Positions 52,686-60,537 of a DNA stretch of 64,000 bases are shown piece after piece (position 1 is the stretch's first letter; the number at the start of each line of letters is the position of its first letter). The stretch comes from a bacterium. GTDB taxonomy: Bacteria > Planctomycetota > Planctomycetia > Planctomycetales > Planctomycetaceae. The notes beneath the pieces are model-generated. The model was not told where the DNA came from. It searched no databases and was given only the letters and a program-made list of their open reading frames with translations. The stretch lies in contig WGME01000019.1 of NCBI GenBank assembly GCA_016125225.1, forward strand, positions 60,162 to 124,161. Direction: 5' to 3'. A program made the translations under genes and the position numbers.

Positions 52686-52765
52686 GCCAAGTGTTGAGTG
52701 CTAAGTGCCAAGTGAAAATCGAACCTAAGCTAATGGGCTTCTACACTTGGCACTCAACACTTGCC
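52686..52765. repeat. Long imperfect inverted repeat rich in AAGTG/CACTT units
   Basis: GCCAAGTGTTGAGTGCTAAGTG ...36 nt... CACTTGGCACTCAACACTTGCC, with 20 of 22 positions complementary. It is intergenic, downstream of the oxidoreductase gene. Confidence 0.75.
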
Positions 52766-52783
52766 ACTCGGCAACCTTTCCAG

Positions 52784-53896
52784 TTACAGCACATACTCCA
52801 CATCGACCCACTTCCCTTCGGCCGATGATTGCAGCACGGCATCGGCGACGGCCTGGGCGCTGGCTCCGTCGTCGAATCCCGGCACGGCATCGCGGCCTTC
52901 CACGATCGACGAGACGAATTCCCACACCAGATCGTATCGGAAGACGGTGCTCGGTTTGCCATCGGCCGGATTGCGGGGGCTCTCTTTTGGCTTCAGGAAT
53001 TCCTCGGGAACGGCGACTTTCTCCATCGAGCCGCCATGCTTACCGATCAGAATGTGATTCGGATCAACGAGTTGGTAGACCGCCGAACCTTCGCTGCCAT
53101 TGATTTCGGCCCATTCAAAACCGACGCCGTTGTTGTGATGACCTTTCATCAAGGTGGAACCTTCCCACACGCCAACGGCACCGCATTCAAACCGACCGAT
53201 CAATGCCGACCAGTCGTCGACATTCGACGGGTCGCAGGTCTTGCCATCGGCGGTGGTCGTCCGTGGGGCGAAGGTGGCGACAGCACCGCAGACGCTCTGA
53301 ATCGGGCCGAGCAGATCGTGCGCAAAGTCGATGCGATGGATCGTCATATCGTAGAGATCCCCTGCCCCGGCGAGATGCTGGTACTGTCGCCAGCCCCAAC
53401 TCGTTTCCGGCAGATCCAGAAAACGCTGGCTGCGGAAGTGTCGGGGAGTACCGAGGGCTCCGGTCTTGAGCAGGTGCCGCAGGTAGATCATCGACGGGGC
53501 GAACCGGTAGGTGAACGCGGTCATATGCCGGACGCCCTTATCACGGGCGGCATGGAACATCTCTTTGGCTTCGACGAAATTCAGGCCGAGCGGCTTTTCG
53601 GCCATCACATGCTTGCCACCATTCACGCAGGCGAGCGTGATCGGTTTATGAGTGAAGTTCGGCGTGGCGATGATCACGGCGTCGACATTCTGATCGGCCG
53701 CGATTTCTTCATAGCTCGTGGTGTACTTCACCGGTCCCCATTCGCGTTTCCGCTGTTCAAGCAGGGCTTCATTGGGGTCGCACACGGCGACAAGTTCCGC
53801 ACGCGGATCGATATTGATGCCAGGAACATGATGGAAATCGGAAACCAGCCCGGCTCCGATAATTGCGATACGCACTTTGTCGGCCATGGATGTCAT
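52784..53896 (-). CDS. Gfo/Idh/MocA-family NAD(P)-dependent oxidoreductase
   Basis: VRIAIIGAGLVSDFH Rossmann N-terminus; EKPL motif (MAEKPLGLN). Confidence 0.9.
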   Translation of the reverse strand: MTSMADKVRIAIIGAGLVSDFHHVPGINIDPRAELVAVCDPNEALLEQRKREWGPVKYTTSYEEIAADQNVDAVIIATPNFTHKPITLACVNGGKHVMAEKPLGLNFVEAKEMFHAARDKGVRHMTAFTYRFAPSMIYLRHLLKTGALGTPRHFRSQRFLDLPETSWGWRQYQHLAGAGDLYDMTIHRIDFAHDLLGPIQSVCGAVATFAPRTTTADGKTCDPSNVDDWSALIGRFECGAVGVWEGSTLMKGHHNNGVGFEWAEINGSEGSAVYQLVDPNHILIGKHGGSMEKVAVPEEFLKPKESPRNPADGKPSTVFRYDLVWEFVSSIVEGRDAVPGFDDGASAQAVADAVLQSSAEGKWVDVEYVL

Positions 53897-53909
53897 TCTC
53901 TCAGGTAAA

Positions 53910-53939
53910 GAAGCCCAGGGAACGCCTTCCCTGGGCTTC
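53910..53939. repeat. 30-bp palindromic repeat, copy C, intergenic downstream of the CCA-enzyme gene
   Basis: GAAGCCCAGGGAACGCCTTCCCTGGGCTTC, with perfect 13-bp arms and a 4-nt loop. Confidence 0.85.
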
Positions 53940-53957
53940 CGAATCGATGGTTATGGC

Positions 53958-55217
53958 TTAAGGTTTACCGTCCGCATCGGCCGCCTGCAACTGTTGCACC
54001 AGCGTGAGTGCGTCATCACGGCTGACGATTTCGAGATTGAGCTGGGCATCCCGCACGGTCTCCAGCCAATCCCGAAACTTCGGTCCGGGACGATGTCCCA
54101 GTGCCACGAGGTCGTCTCCGGTGATGAGCGGCGGCGGATTGATCTCTTCGGCCGGCGTTTTCAGCAGAAACTCTTCGACGAAGAGCACCGGATGCAGGTC
54201 GGCATCGGCCGCGAGCAGCCGGGCATGCGTCAACTTGAGGAGATCGTTGCAATACCGATGGGCTAATAATTGCTTTAACTGGGCGAGGGTTAACGTCGGT
54301 GCCTGCTCCAGCGCGTGCTGCTGACTCACCAGCCAGGCGATGCGGTCGGTTTCCTCGTTGGAGAGTTTCAAACGACGGCAGATGGTCCGGACATTTTTCC
54401 CGGTCAACGCGTGCAGGAGGGTCGCCATCGCGAGTTCGAAATCTGGGGAATCCAGTAACGACAGCATCTGGAACGCCCGTTCGAGATCCTCAGCGCTCAT
54501 GAGCGTTCTGGATAACGTCAGTTCCGGAACGATCACATCGAGTAGTCCCCCTTCCAGGCAGAGCTTCATCGCCCGTAAGCGGTGGCTATCGACGAGCATC
54601 TTCCGGAGTTCCTGGGCAATCCGCTCGGCACTTACCGCCGATAACTGCGGCGACATCTCCCGCACGGCCTCAAATGTGGCTTTATCCAGCTTGAAATCCA
54701 ACGTGGCAGCAAACCGTACGGCTCGCAGCATTCGCAGCTTGTCTTCCCGCATTCGTTCATGAGGATCACGGATGGCCCGCACGATTCCCGCTGCCAGATC
54801 GGCTTCGCCGCCGACGTAATCGAGCACGCGGCTGTCAAGCGGATCATAGAACATGCCGTTGATGGTAAAGTCCCGCCGCTGGGCATCTTCTTCCGGCGTG
54901 CAGAAGATCACGCCATCGGGACGGCGGCCGTCAGTGTATTCCAGATCGGTCCGGAACGTCGCGACTTCCACCTGCCCGGCCGCTTTGGGACCGAGCACGA
55001 TGATCACGCCGAAGCTTTCCCCGACGGCGAGAGTGCGACGCTGACCAAACAACTGCCGGACTTCCGCGGGCTTGGCACTGGTGGCGACGTCATAATCTTT
55101 CGCCGGACGATTCAGCAGCAGATCGCGCACGCAACCGCCGGCGAAATAGGCCAAAAATCCGGCCTCCCGCAATTTCCTGACGATTTCCGTCGCGAACTCG
55201 CGTTGAGAGTGTGTCAT
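53958..55217 (-). CDS. cca: CCA tRNA nucleotidyltransferase / poly(A) polymerase family protein
   Basis: AYFAGGCVRDLLLNRPAKDYDVAT; RRDFTINGMFYDP; RFAATL. Confidence 0.8.
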   Translation of the reverse strand: MTHSQREFATEIVRKLREAGFLAYFAGGCVRDLLLNRPAKDYDVATSAKPAEVRQLFGQRRTLAVGESFGVIIVLGPKAAGQVEVATFRTDLEYTDGRRPDGVIFCTPEEDAQRRDFTINGMFYDPLDSRVLDYVGGEADLAAGIVRAIRDPHERMREDKLRMLRAVRFAATLDFKLDKATFEAVREMSPQLSAVSAERIAQELRKMLVDSHRLRAMKLCLEGGLLDVIVPELTLSRTLMSAEDLERAFQMLSLLDSPDFELAMATLLHALTGKNVRTICRRLKLSNEETDRIAWLVSQQHALEQAPTLTLAQLKQLLAHRYCNDLLKLTHARLLAADADLHPVLFVEEFLLKTPAEEINPPPLITGDDLVALGHRPGPKFRDWLETVRDAQLNLEIVSRDDALTLVQQLQAADADGKP

Positions 55218-55303
55218 GCTGGCATCATCGCGATTTGCGCGGGCCGCGACCAGTCCGTCGGGACTGCCTTATCACATGCGGATCAATCCAAGAGAGAATC
55301 AGC

Positions 55304-56038
55304 ATGAGTAACAGGGAATTAGGCTTTCTTGTTTCAGGTATGGGGCTGGCATTGGGAATCCCCGTGGTGATGATATTGGTGGTTTTTGCACGGTTGGATC
55401 ACCATTCCCATGCATCGAATCTGCAGTCTTTGAACAACCTCAAAAACCTCGCTTTGGCCGTGAATAATTCTGCGACATTCAACGGCGGCCGACTCCCCTC
55501 CGACACCAGAGAGGCGCCATGCCGTAGCTGGCGCCTGGAGATCTTGCCCTATCTCGATCGCGCCGAGTTATACCGAGATTACAATCGAAACGTCGCGTGG
55601 GATGCCCGTGAGAACCAGGAGATAACGAAAGAGAACCTCAAGGTCTTAGATGCCCCGGAAGGAGGGGCGAACGAGAAAACTTCCAACGGTTTCGCGATCA
55701 GCGATTACGGCATGATCTCCGGGCCGGGCACGGTGCATCCCGATGACCACGTTGTAACACTCGATGAGATTTCCAAGGGCGACGGACTCGGTCAGACATT
55801 GCTGCTCGGAGAGTGCGTAGGTTTGCGGCTGGCGTGGGCGGAACCGCGTGATCCTCGGGTGGATCGGGAAATCATGGGGATTGATTTGCTGAGTCGAACG
55901 GGACAAACATCGAACAAGTTGTTATCGGCTTACAATATTGGCGGCGCGCATGTCGCCTTTGCTGATGGTTACGCCAGGTTGCTCAGTGACAAGATCGATC
56001 CCAAAATTTTGAAGGCGTTGTGCACGGTCGATGCCTAA
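55304..56038 (+). CDS. DUF1559 (H-X9-DG) domain protein with an atypical N-terminus
   Basis: LNNLKNLALAVNN matches the start of DUF1559. The C-terminal GGAHVAFADGYARLLS is the H-X9-DG motif. The N-terminal TM segment lacks the usual GFTLIELLVV prepilin motif. Confidence 0.7.
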   Translation: MSNRELGFLVSGMGLALGIPVVMILVVFARLDHHSHASNLQSLNNLKNLALAVNNSATFNGGRLPSDTREAPCRSWRLEILPYLDRAELYRDYNRNVAWDARENQEITKENLKVLDAPEGGANEKTSNGFAISDYGMISGPGTVHPDDHVVTLDEISKGDGLGQTLLLGECVGLRLAWAEPRDPRVDREIMGIDLLSRTGQTSNKLLSAYNIGGAHVAFADGYARLLSDKIDPKILKALCTVDA

Positions 56039-56123
56039 TGAGAGGATCAAAAGAGCGATTACCTGGAGTAGGACCGCCCCACACGGCGGCGGCGGCTTTG
56101 GGATCGTAACACGCACTCGGCGA

Positions 56124-57422
56124 CTATGGTTTCGTGCCGCTGACGGTGACCGAGGGCTTGGCGGGTTCGCCGCCGATGGCGAAAAGTTGAGAGAACGTGC
56201 GAATGTACAACCGGCCGCGAGCCACCGCCGGTGTGGATCGTGAGCCTTCACCCAGCGAAATCCGGCCGAGTTCCTTAAACTCCTTATCGGCGGCAAGGAC
56301 AACCACATCGCCTTCCACACTCACGGCATAAATCTTGTCGCCAATCCGCACTGGGGACCCCTGATAGTTGCCTCCCAAACGTTCGCGCCAATGGACAGTC
56401 CCCGTCGGCAGATCGACACAGGTAGCGATGCCGCCATCACTGATGAGGAACAACAGGTCGCCCTTCATCACCGAGGTGGGCACATACGGGGCCTGGGTGT
56501 TGATCTTGTAGGCCAGTTCGCCTTGCTTGCCATCGGTCCGCACTGCGGCGACGTAGTTCCCGCCGCCGCCGGAACCGGTGCTGCCGAGGATCAGATCGCC
56601 ATAGATGAGTGGCGAACTGACGGTTCGCTTGTCGAAGACCACTGTCGACCAGAGTTCCTTGCCGGTGTGCGGATCGAGGGCATACATGCCGCTGCCGGTG
56701 CTGGTGCAGACGAGTTGCTCCGGGCCATCTTTTGGTTTGAAGATCGCGGGGACGGAATAGGCCACATTGTCGGTCTGACGTTCCGTCCGCCAGCGTTCTT
56801 CACCGGTCGTACGATCAAAAGCCATGACGTAACTGGTCGGAGCGTCATCAAGCAGTTTCGGTCCGTCTTTTGGTTCCTGTGAGTTGGATAGAATTACCAG
56901 GTCTTCATAGATCACCGGGGATGTGCCAAAGCCGTGCTGGCTTTTCCAGGTGCCGAGATCTTTCTGCCAGGCGACTTCACCATCGTGATGGAGTGCCATG
57001 AGCACAAGGCTATCGGGACTGGACCAGGCGACGTAAACCAGCTTGTCATCGACAGCGGGCGTGCAGGAGGCATAGCTACTCATCTTGTGCAGCGAATGCG
57101 ATTTCGAGGCGAATTCTTTCTGCCACAACGATTTGCCGGTGTCTGCATCGTAACAGAGGACGTAACGGGTTGCAGTCTCCGGATCGGCACTCAACAGAAA
57201 GAGCCGATTGCCCCACAACACCGGCGATGAATGGCCGGCTCCGGGAAGCGTGGCCGTCCAGGCGTAATCTTTTTCGGTCCACGTGGCTGGGACGGTGGTG
57301 ATGTCGCTTTCACCGGTCCCGTTCGGGCCATGGAACCGTGTCCATTCCTGAGCGTTCACAGAGAGAACACAAAACGAGACCAGCCAGGCCCCGGTAGTTG
57401 CCAAAGTCGTGCATCGAATCAT
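56124..57422 (-). CDS. Secreted PQQ-like beta-propeller repeat protein
   Basis: Signal peptide; repeated ...G..LW....... propeller blades (GKSLWQKEF, GEVAWQKDLG, GEERWRTE, GKELWSTVV, GTVHWRERLG). Confidence 0.8.
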   Translation of the reverse strand: MIRCTTLATTGAWLVSFCVLSVNAQEWTRFHGPNGTGESDITTVPATWTEKDYAWTATLPGAGHSSPVLWGNRLFLLSADPETATRYVLCYDADTGKSLWQKEFASKSHSLHKMSSYASCTPAVDDKLVYVAWSSPDSLVLMALHHDGEVAWQKDLGTWKSQHGFGTSPVIYEDLVILSNSQEPKDGPKLLDDAPTSYVMAFDRTTGEERWRTERQTDNVAYSVPAIFKPKDGPEQLVCTSTGSGMYALDPHTGKELWSTVVFDKRTVSSPLIYGDLILGSTGSGGGGNYVAAVRTDGKQGELAYKINTQAPYVPTSVMKGDLLFLISDGGIATCVDLPTGTVHWRERLGGNYQGSPVRIGDKIYAVSVEGDVVVLAADKEFKELGRISLGEGSRSTPAVARGRLYIRTFSQLFAIGGEPAKPSVTVSGTKP

Positions 57423-57745
57423 GTGCTCACACTCCGTGCCGAAAGTCGACAGTCAGCGAACGCTCGCTTTCTCGCGCCGGTGCGGTCACCCGCACGGCGT
57501 TTCTACCCTATCATTCCCTCAGCAGGTGATATCTGACAAGAGACGACGGAAAATCGCGGCATGGGTTCATTTCCGGAGGGCCGTGCTGAGTAGTTATTTC
57601 GGCCATCTAATGACGGAGTCTCGGTTCACCCGCGAATGAAACACGCGGCCGATTGTCGCCCGAACCTCAACTCGTTAAACTCCCTCAAGTTTCAGCGGAA
57701 ACGCTGGCGACCGACACGGCTCCACAGCCGTTAAAACCCCACCCC

Positions 57746-57832
57746 GGAGAGGTGGCAGAGTGGTCGATTGCACCGGTCTTGAAAACCGGAGACGGGGTAA
57801 CTCGTCCCAGGGTTCGAATCCCTGCCTCTCCG
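57746..57832 (+). tRNA. tRNA-Ser (anticodon UGA), class II with a long variable arm
   Basis: Folded by hand. Acceptor GGAGAGG/CCTCTCC plus discriminator G; anticodon stem CCGGT/ACCGG with loop CTTGAAA; variable arm GACGGG-GTAA-CTCGTC; T-arm CAGGG-TTCGAAT-CCCTG. No CCA is encoded. Confidence 0.9.
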
Positions 57833-57846
57833 CGTTTCAAACTGGC

Positions 57847-57893
57847 CATCCGCAAGTCATTGTAGAGTAATGACTTGCGGATGCGTCGTTTTT
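57847..57893 (+). terminator. Intrinsic terminator after tRNA-Ser
   Basis: Perfect 15-bp stem CATCCGCAAGTCATT-GTAGAGT-AATGACTTGCGGATG followed by CGTCGTTTTT. Confidence 0.8.
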
Positions 57894-57927
57894 GGCACAA
57901 CCTGATTGTGCCAGAACTGTGCCAAAT

Positions 57928-58803
57928 TCAGCAGCGGTGAGTGGGGTCATGGTTCTCAATCTCTGCCGGGCTGGGGGTCTCCAACGGTGTCAAGGCACTG
58001 ACCGCAGTCGAGCGGTCCGTCACAACCGGAATCGACATTCGATTCCTCTGACGCTGTGATTCCTGGGGATCGAGGTGGTAGCACCGTCGGACCATGGCCG
58101 CATCGGCATGGCCCAACCAGGTTTTCACCACCTGCTCGGGGATCCCACGATTCGCACATTGACTGCAGAAGAAATGCCGGAAGCTATGCAGCCGGCCCTC
58201 TCGAAAACTCTTGGCTCCCGGCTCTCCGGGGAAGCGGTCGAGCAGCGGCGTCAGCACTTGCTTGACCAGGATGTTGCGGACGGTATCCGGCTTGATTTTG
58301 CCACCGAGCGGTCCGTGAAAGACGCGACCATCAGCCTGCCGTTGCAATCGTCGCAGCAGGGGCAGCAGGTCTGCATGCAGCGGCAATGTGCGGTTCCGCT
58401 TATTCTTGAGCGTGCGTGCGGGGGTGCCAACCGACCGAGAACCCTGTCGGCTTTCGTCGGCCAGCGTCAGTAGCTGCTTGTCAAAATCCAGGTCGGACCA
58501 GCGGAGCTGAGCGAGTTCCGAAATCCGGAGTCCTGTGAGTCCCAGCAGGTGACAGACATCCCCCAGCCAGCGAAGACCCTTGGTTTGGTAACAGTGCTGG
58601 ACGATGGCCTGAAATTCAGCGACAGTCCAGCATTGCCAGCAGACCCGGCGGCAATGATTCCAACTGCGCCGGCAAAGCGATCGGTTGAGGCGGTCTCTGC
58701 TCAGAATGAAAGATGGTTGGCTGGGTCCGTTGAAGTTCCTGAAATTCCCGGAGTCATTCTGGATGACTGAAGAGCCAACCGAGATAGGCCTGTTGTGGTT
58801 CAC
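57928..58803 (-). CDS. Tyrosine recombinase/phage-type integrase (catalytic domain; N-terminus possibly disrupted)
   Basis: LTGLRISELAQLRWSDLD (Arg), HSFRHFF (H-x-x-R), LGHAD, RCYHL (Tyr). It has a GTG start and sits 95 nt from the tRNA-Ser 3' end. Confidence 0.8.
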   Translation of the reverse strand: MNHNRPISVGSSVIQNDSGNFRNFNGPSQPSFILSRDRLNRSLCRRSWNHCRRVCWQCWTVAEFQAIVQHCYQTKGLRWLGDVCHLLGLTGLRISELAQLRWSDLDFDKQLLTLADESRQGSRSVGTPARTLKNKRNRTLPLHADLLPLLRRLQRQADGRVFHGPLGGKIKPDTVRNILVKQVLTPLLDRFPGEPGAKSFREGRLHSFRHFFCSQCANRGIPEQVVKTWLGHADAAMVRRCYHLDPQESQRQRNRMSIPVVTDRSTAVSALTPLETPSPAEIENHDPTHRC

Positions 58804-59290
58804 AGAGCGCGGGCACGCGTTCGGTTAAAGCCGTCATCAGGTCATCACAGCGAACACCGTCAGCAGCACAGCGAGCGAAGTAGTCAGCGACCAGAGGCTG
58901 ATTCAGATTCAAGGATGGTGTCGGACGAAGGTAAGCATCAAGAATGGGGCGCCCATCCTGAAAACCGACACAACCTGGGAGGCTATCAGCCTGCCGCGCG
59001 GCCTCTCGTTCAGGTGCCAGCAGATCAGCATCCCATCGGGATGCCCCCAGCGTCCGGACGAGGCGATCCCAGAGTTCTGTCGGCAGAACGTAAAACCACT
59101 GGCCAACGACGAGGGGATGATTTCGACAAGGCCCGGTAAGATCTGCGCTGCGGAAACTGGCTGAAACATCCACGCGATCCACGGTGGTGGCCGAAGTTTC
59201 AGAGGAACGTGCTGCCCGCTTCCTGGCCAAGGTCCTTCCCCTCTGTCCATGGCTTCCGCAGATAGGTCGGTGAGAGCTAACTCGTCTCAA
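58754..59290 (-). CDS. Hypothetical ORF overlapping the integrase 5' end by 50 nt. It could be the frameshifted N-terminal core-binding part of the integrase.
   Basis: 178-aa ORF in a different frame that ends inside the integrase ORF. The integrase ORF lacks a convincing N-terminal domain of its own. Confidence 0.3.
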   Translation of the reverse strand: MRRVSSHRPICGSHGQRGRTLARKRAARSSETSATTVDRVDVSASFRSADLTGPCRNHPLVVGQWFYVLPTELWDRLVRTLGASRWDADLLAPEREAARQADSLPGCVGFQDGRPILDAYLRPTPSLNLNQPLVADYFARCAADGVRCDDLMTALTERVPALCEPQQAYLGWLFSHPE

Positions 59291-59412
59291 GAGTATATGA
59301 CGCGAAAACGAGCCAAATATAGGTCTTTATGGGACGGCTGATGCTGGATGTCATCAGACTCCGGTGCTCCGCATCACCATTCTCTCAAAGTCATTCCACC
59401 CATTTAGATCGC

Positions 59413-59442
59413 AAAGAAAAGGACGGGCACATCGGCCCGTCC
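59413..59442 (-). terminator. Minus-strand intrinsic terminator in the AT-rich spacer upstream of the cas9 relic
   Basis: Minus strand GGACGGGC-CGAUGU-GCCCGUCC followed by UUUUCUUU. No protein-coding gene ends near it. Confidence 0.55.
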
Positions 59443-59612
59443 AACGGATTTCACCGTGCGTGTTAGAACCTGACTGTAACAGGCAAGGAACCACCACTCG
59501 GATACTCTTTTATAAGCGTACAGAAATGACATGTGGCCGCAAATCGCTTTAACCTGGTACTTATTCTTCATGATGCAAATTTTCGTTTTAGTAAAGTACG
59601 CAGGGAAACAGT

Positions 59613-59950
59613 ATGTTAAAATCTCAACCTTATATCCTGGGCATTGATCTGGGCGCTTCCTCCCTCGGATGGGCCATGCTGGATGCGAAACTGATCGCCG
59701 AAAATGGCGCCCGGTGCGGTTGATCGATGCGGGTGTGCGGATCTTTGAAGCCGGTGTGGAAGGCGACGTTGAGCAGGGAAAAGACCGTTCCCGTGGTGCC
59801 AAGCGTCGCGAAGCCCGTCAACCTCGACGACAGCAGTGGCGTCGCCAGCAACGCAAGCGGCGACTGTTCACTCTCTTGCAAAAGCATGAACTCCTTCCTC
59901 CCTCAGAAAATAACCGTTCGGAAAATCGAAATGCTAATTTAGTTCAACAG
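59613..59950 (+). pseudogene. cas9: cas9 relic (type II-C-like N-terminus: RuvC-I motif plus Arg-rich bridge helix), frameshifted and 3'-truncated
   Basis: [33 protein letters not shown] then a frame change at the C-run 59709-59711. The other frame continues [63 protein letters not shown]. Nothing Cas9-like follows. Confidence 0.75.
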
Positions 59951-59996
59951 TACGTCGCCAATTGGCAGAAGTCCTATCTCCCGATTGAAAGCATCG

Positions 59997-60350
59997 CTAT
60001 CGGATTTGCCGCCCAAAGAGTACGTAGGAATGGCCGCGGCCATCGCTACCACTTCCGAAAAGAAGTGGTCCAATTTGCACTCCAGACAGTGAGATAGTGC
60101 TCAGATTGCCTTGCCAGTTCGAGATAAACGTTTGCCCGGACTCGGTCCATTGGCCGCCTGCTGCACCAGACTGAGCGGTCAGCGTGCCATCGATGTTGAA
60201 GGTCAGAACGTCTGTGAATGTTGTCGTGAAGTTCGTATGGACTGTGACGCTGTAGGAATTCCCTTCGACAGCCGCCTCCGCAATTTTCGTGTCACCCGAG
60301 TTAGCCAATGTCCCGATGAAAACGATGCCCGCGATCAGAAACCGATACAT
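59997..60350 (-). CDS. Small secreted hypothetical protein
   Basis: [19 protein letters not shown] signal peptide followed by T/S/G-rich beta-type sequence. It lies downstream of the multihaem cytochrome gene. The start is placed at the internal ATG. Confidence 0.5.
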   Translation of the reverse strand: MYRFLIAGIVFIGTLANSGDTKIAEAAVEGNSYSVTVHTNFTTTFTDVLTFNIDGTLTAQSGAAGGQWTESGQTFISNWQGNLSTISLSGVQIGPLLFGSGSDGRGHSYVLFGRQIR

Positions 60351-60537
60351 CAACGGAATCCTATCAAGTGGAATGAAGTCTTGTTTCGCGATCAATATTG
60401 CTGGAAGTAACAGAATGCGTGTGACCGTAGAATCGTGCGATGGGGCCAGTTCTTTTGAACTCCAGCCGGATCTGTGATCAGACGGCGATTGATAAAATCT
60501 TTCCTGGCGCCAGCAGAATGTTGGAAACCATAGGTTG

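Noticed and set aside
52747-52765. Sigma-54 promoter-like TGGCAC...TTGC (also TGGCAC at about 57893), considered because an NtrC-type activator is present
   Set aside because: The GG-to-GC spacing is 2 nt too long relative to the TGGCAC-N5-TTGC consensus. The sequences are better explained as parts of inverted repeats.
59291-60000. Search for a CRISPR array, cas1/cas2 or further Cas9 domains next to the cas9 N-terminal fragment
   Set aside because: I can see no direct repeats of 25-40 nt with regular spacing here or elsewhere in the window. No frame downstream of about 59950 continues Cas9-like sequence. Only the relic is reported.
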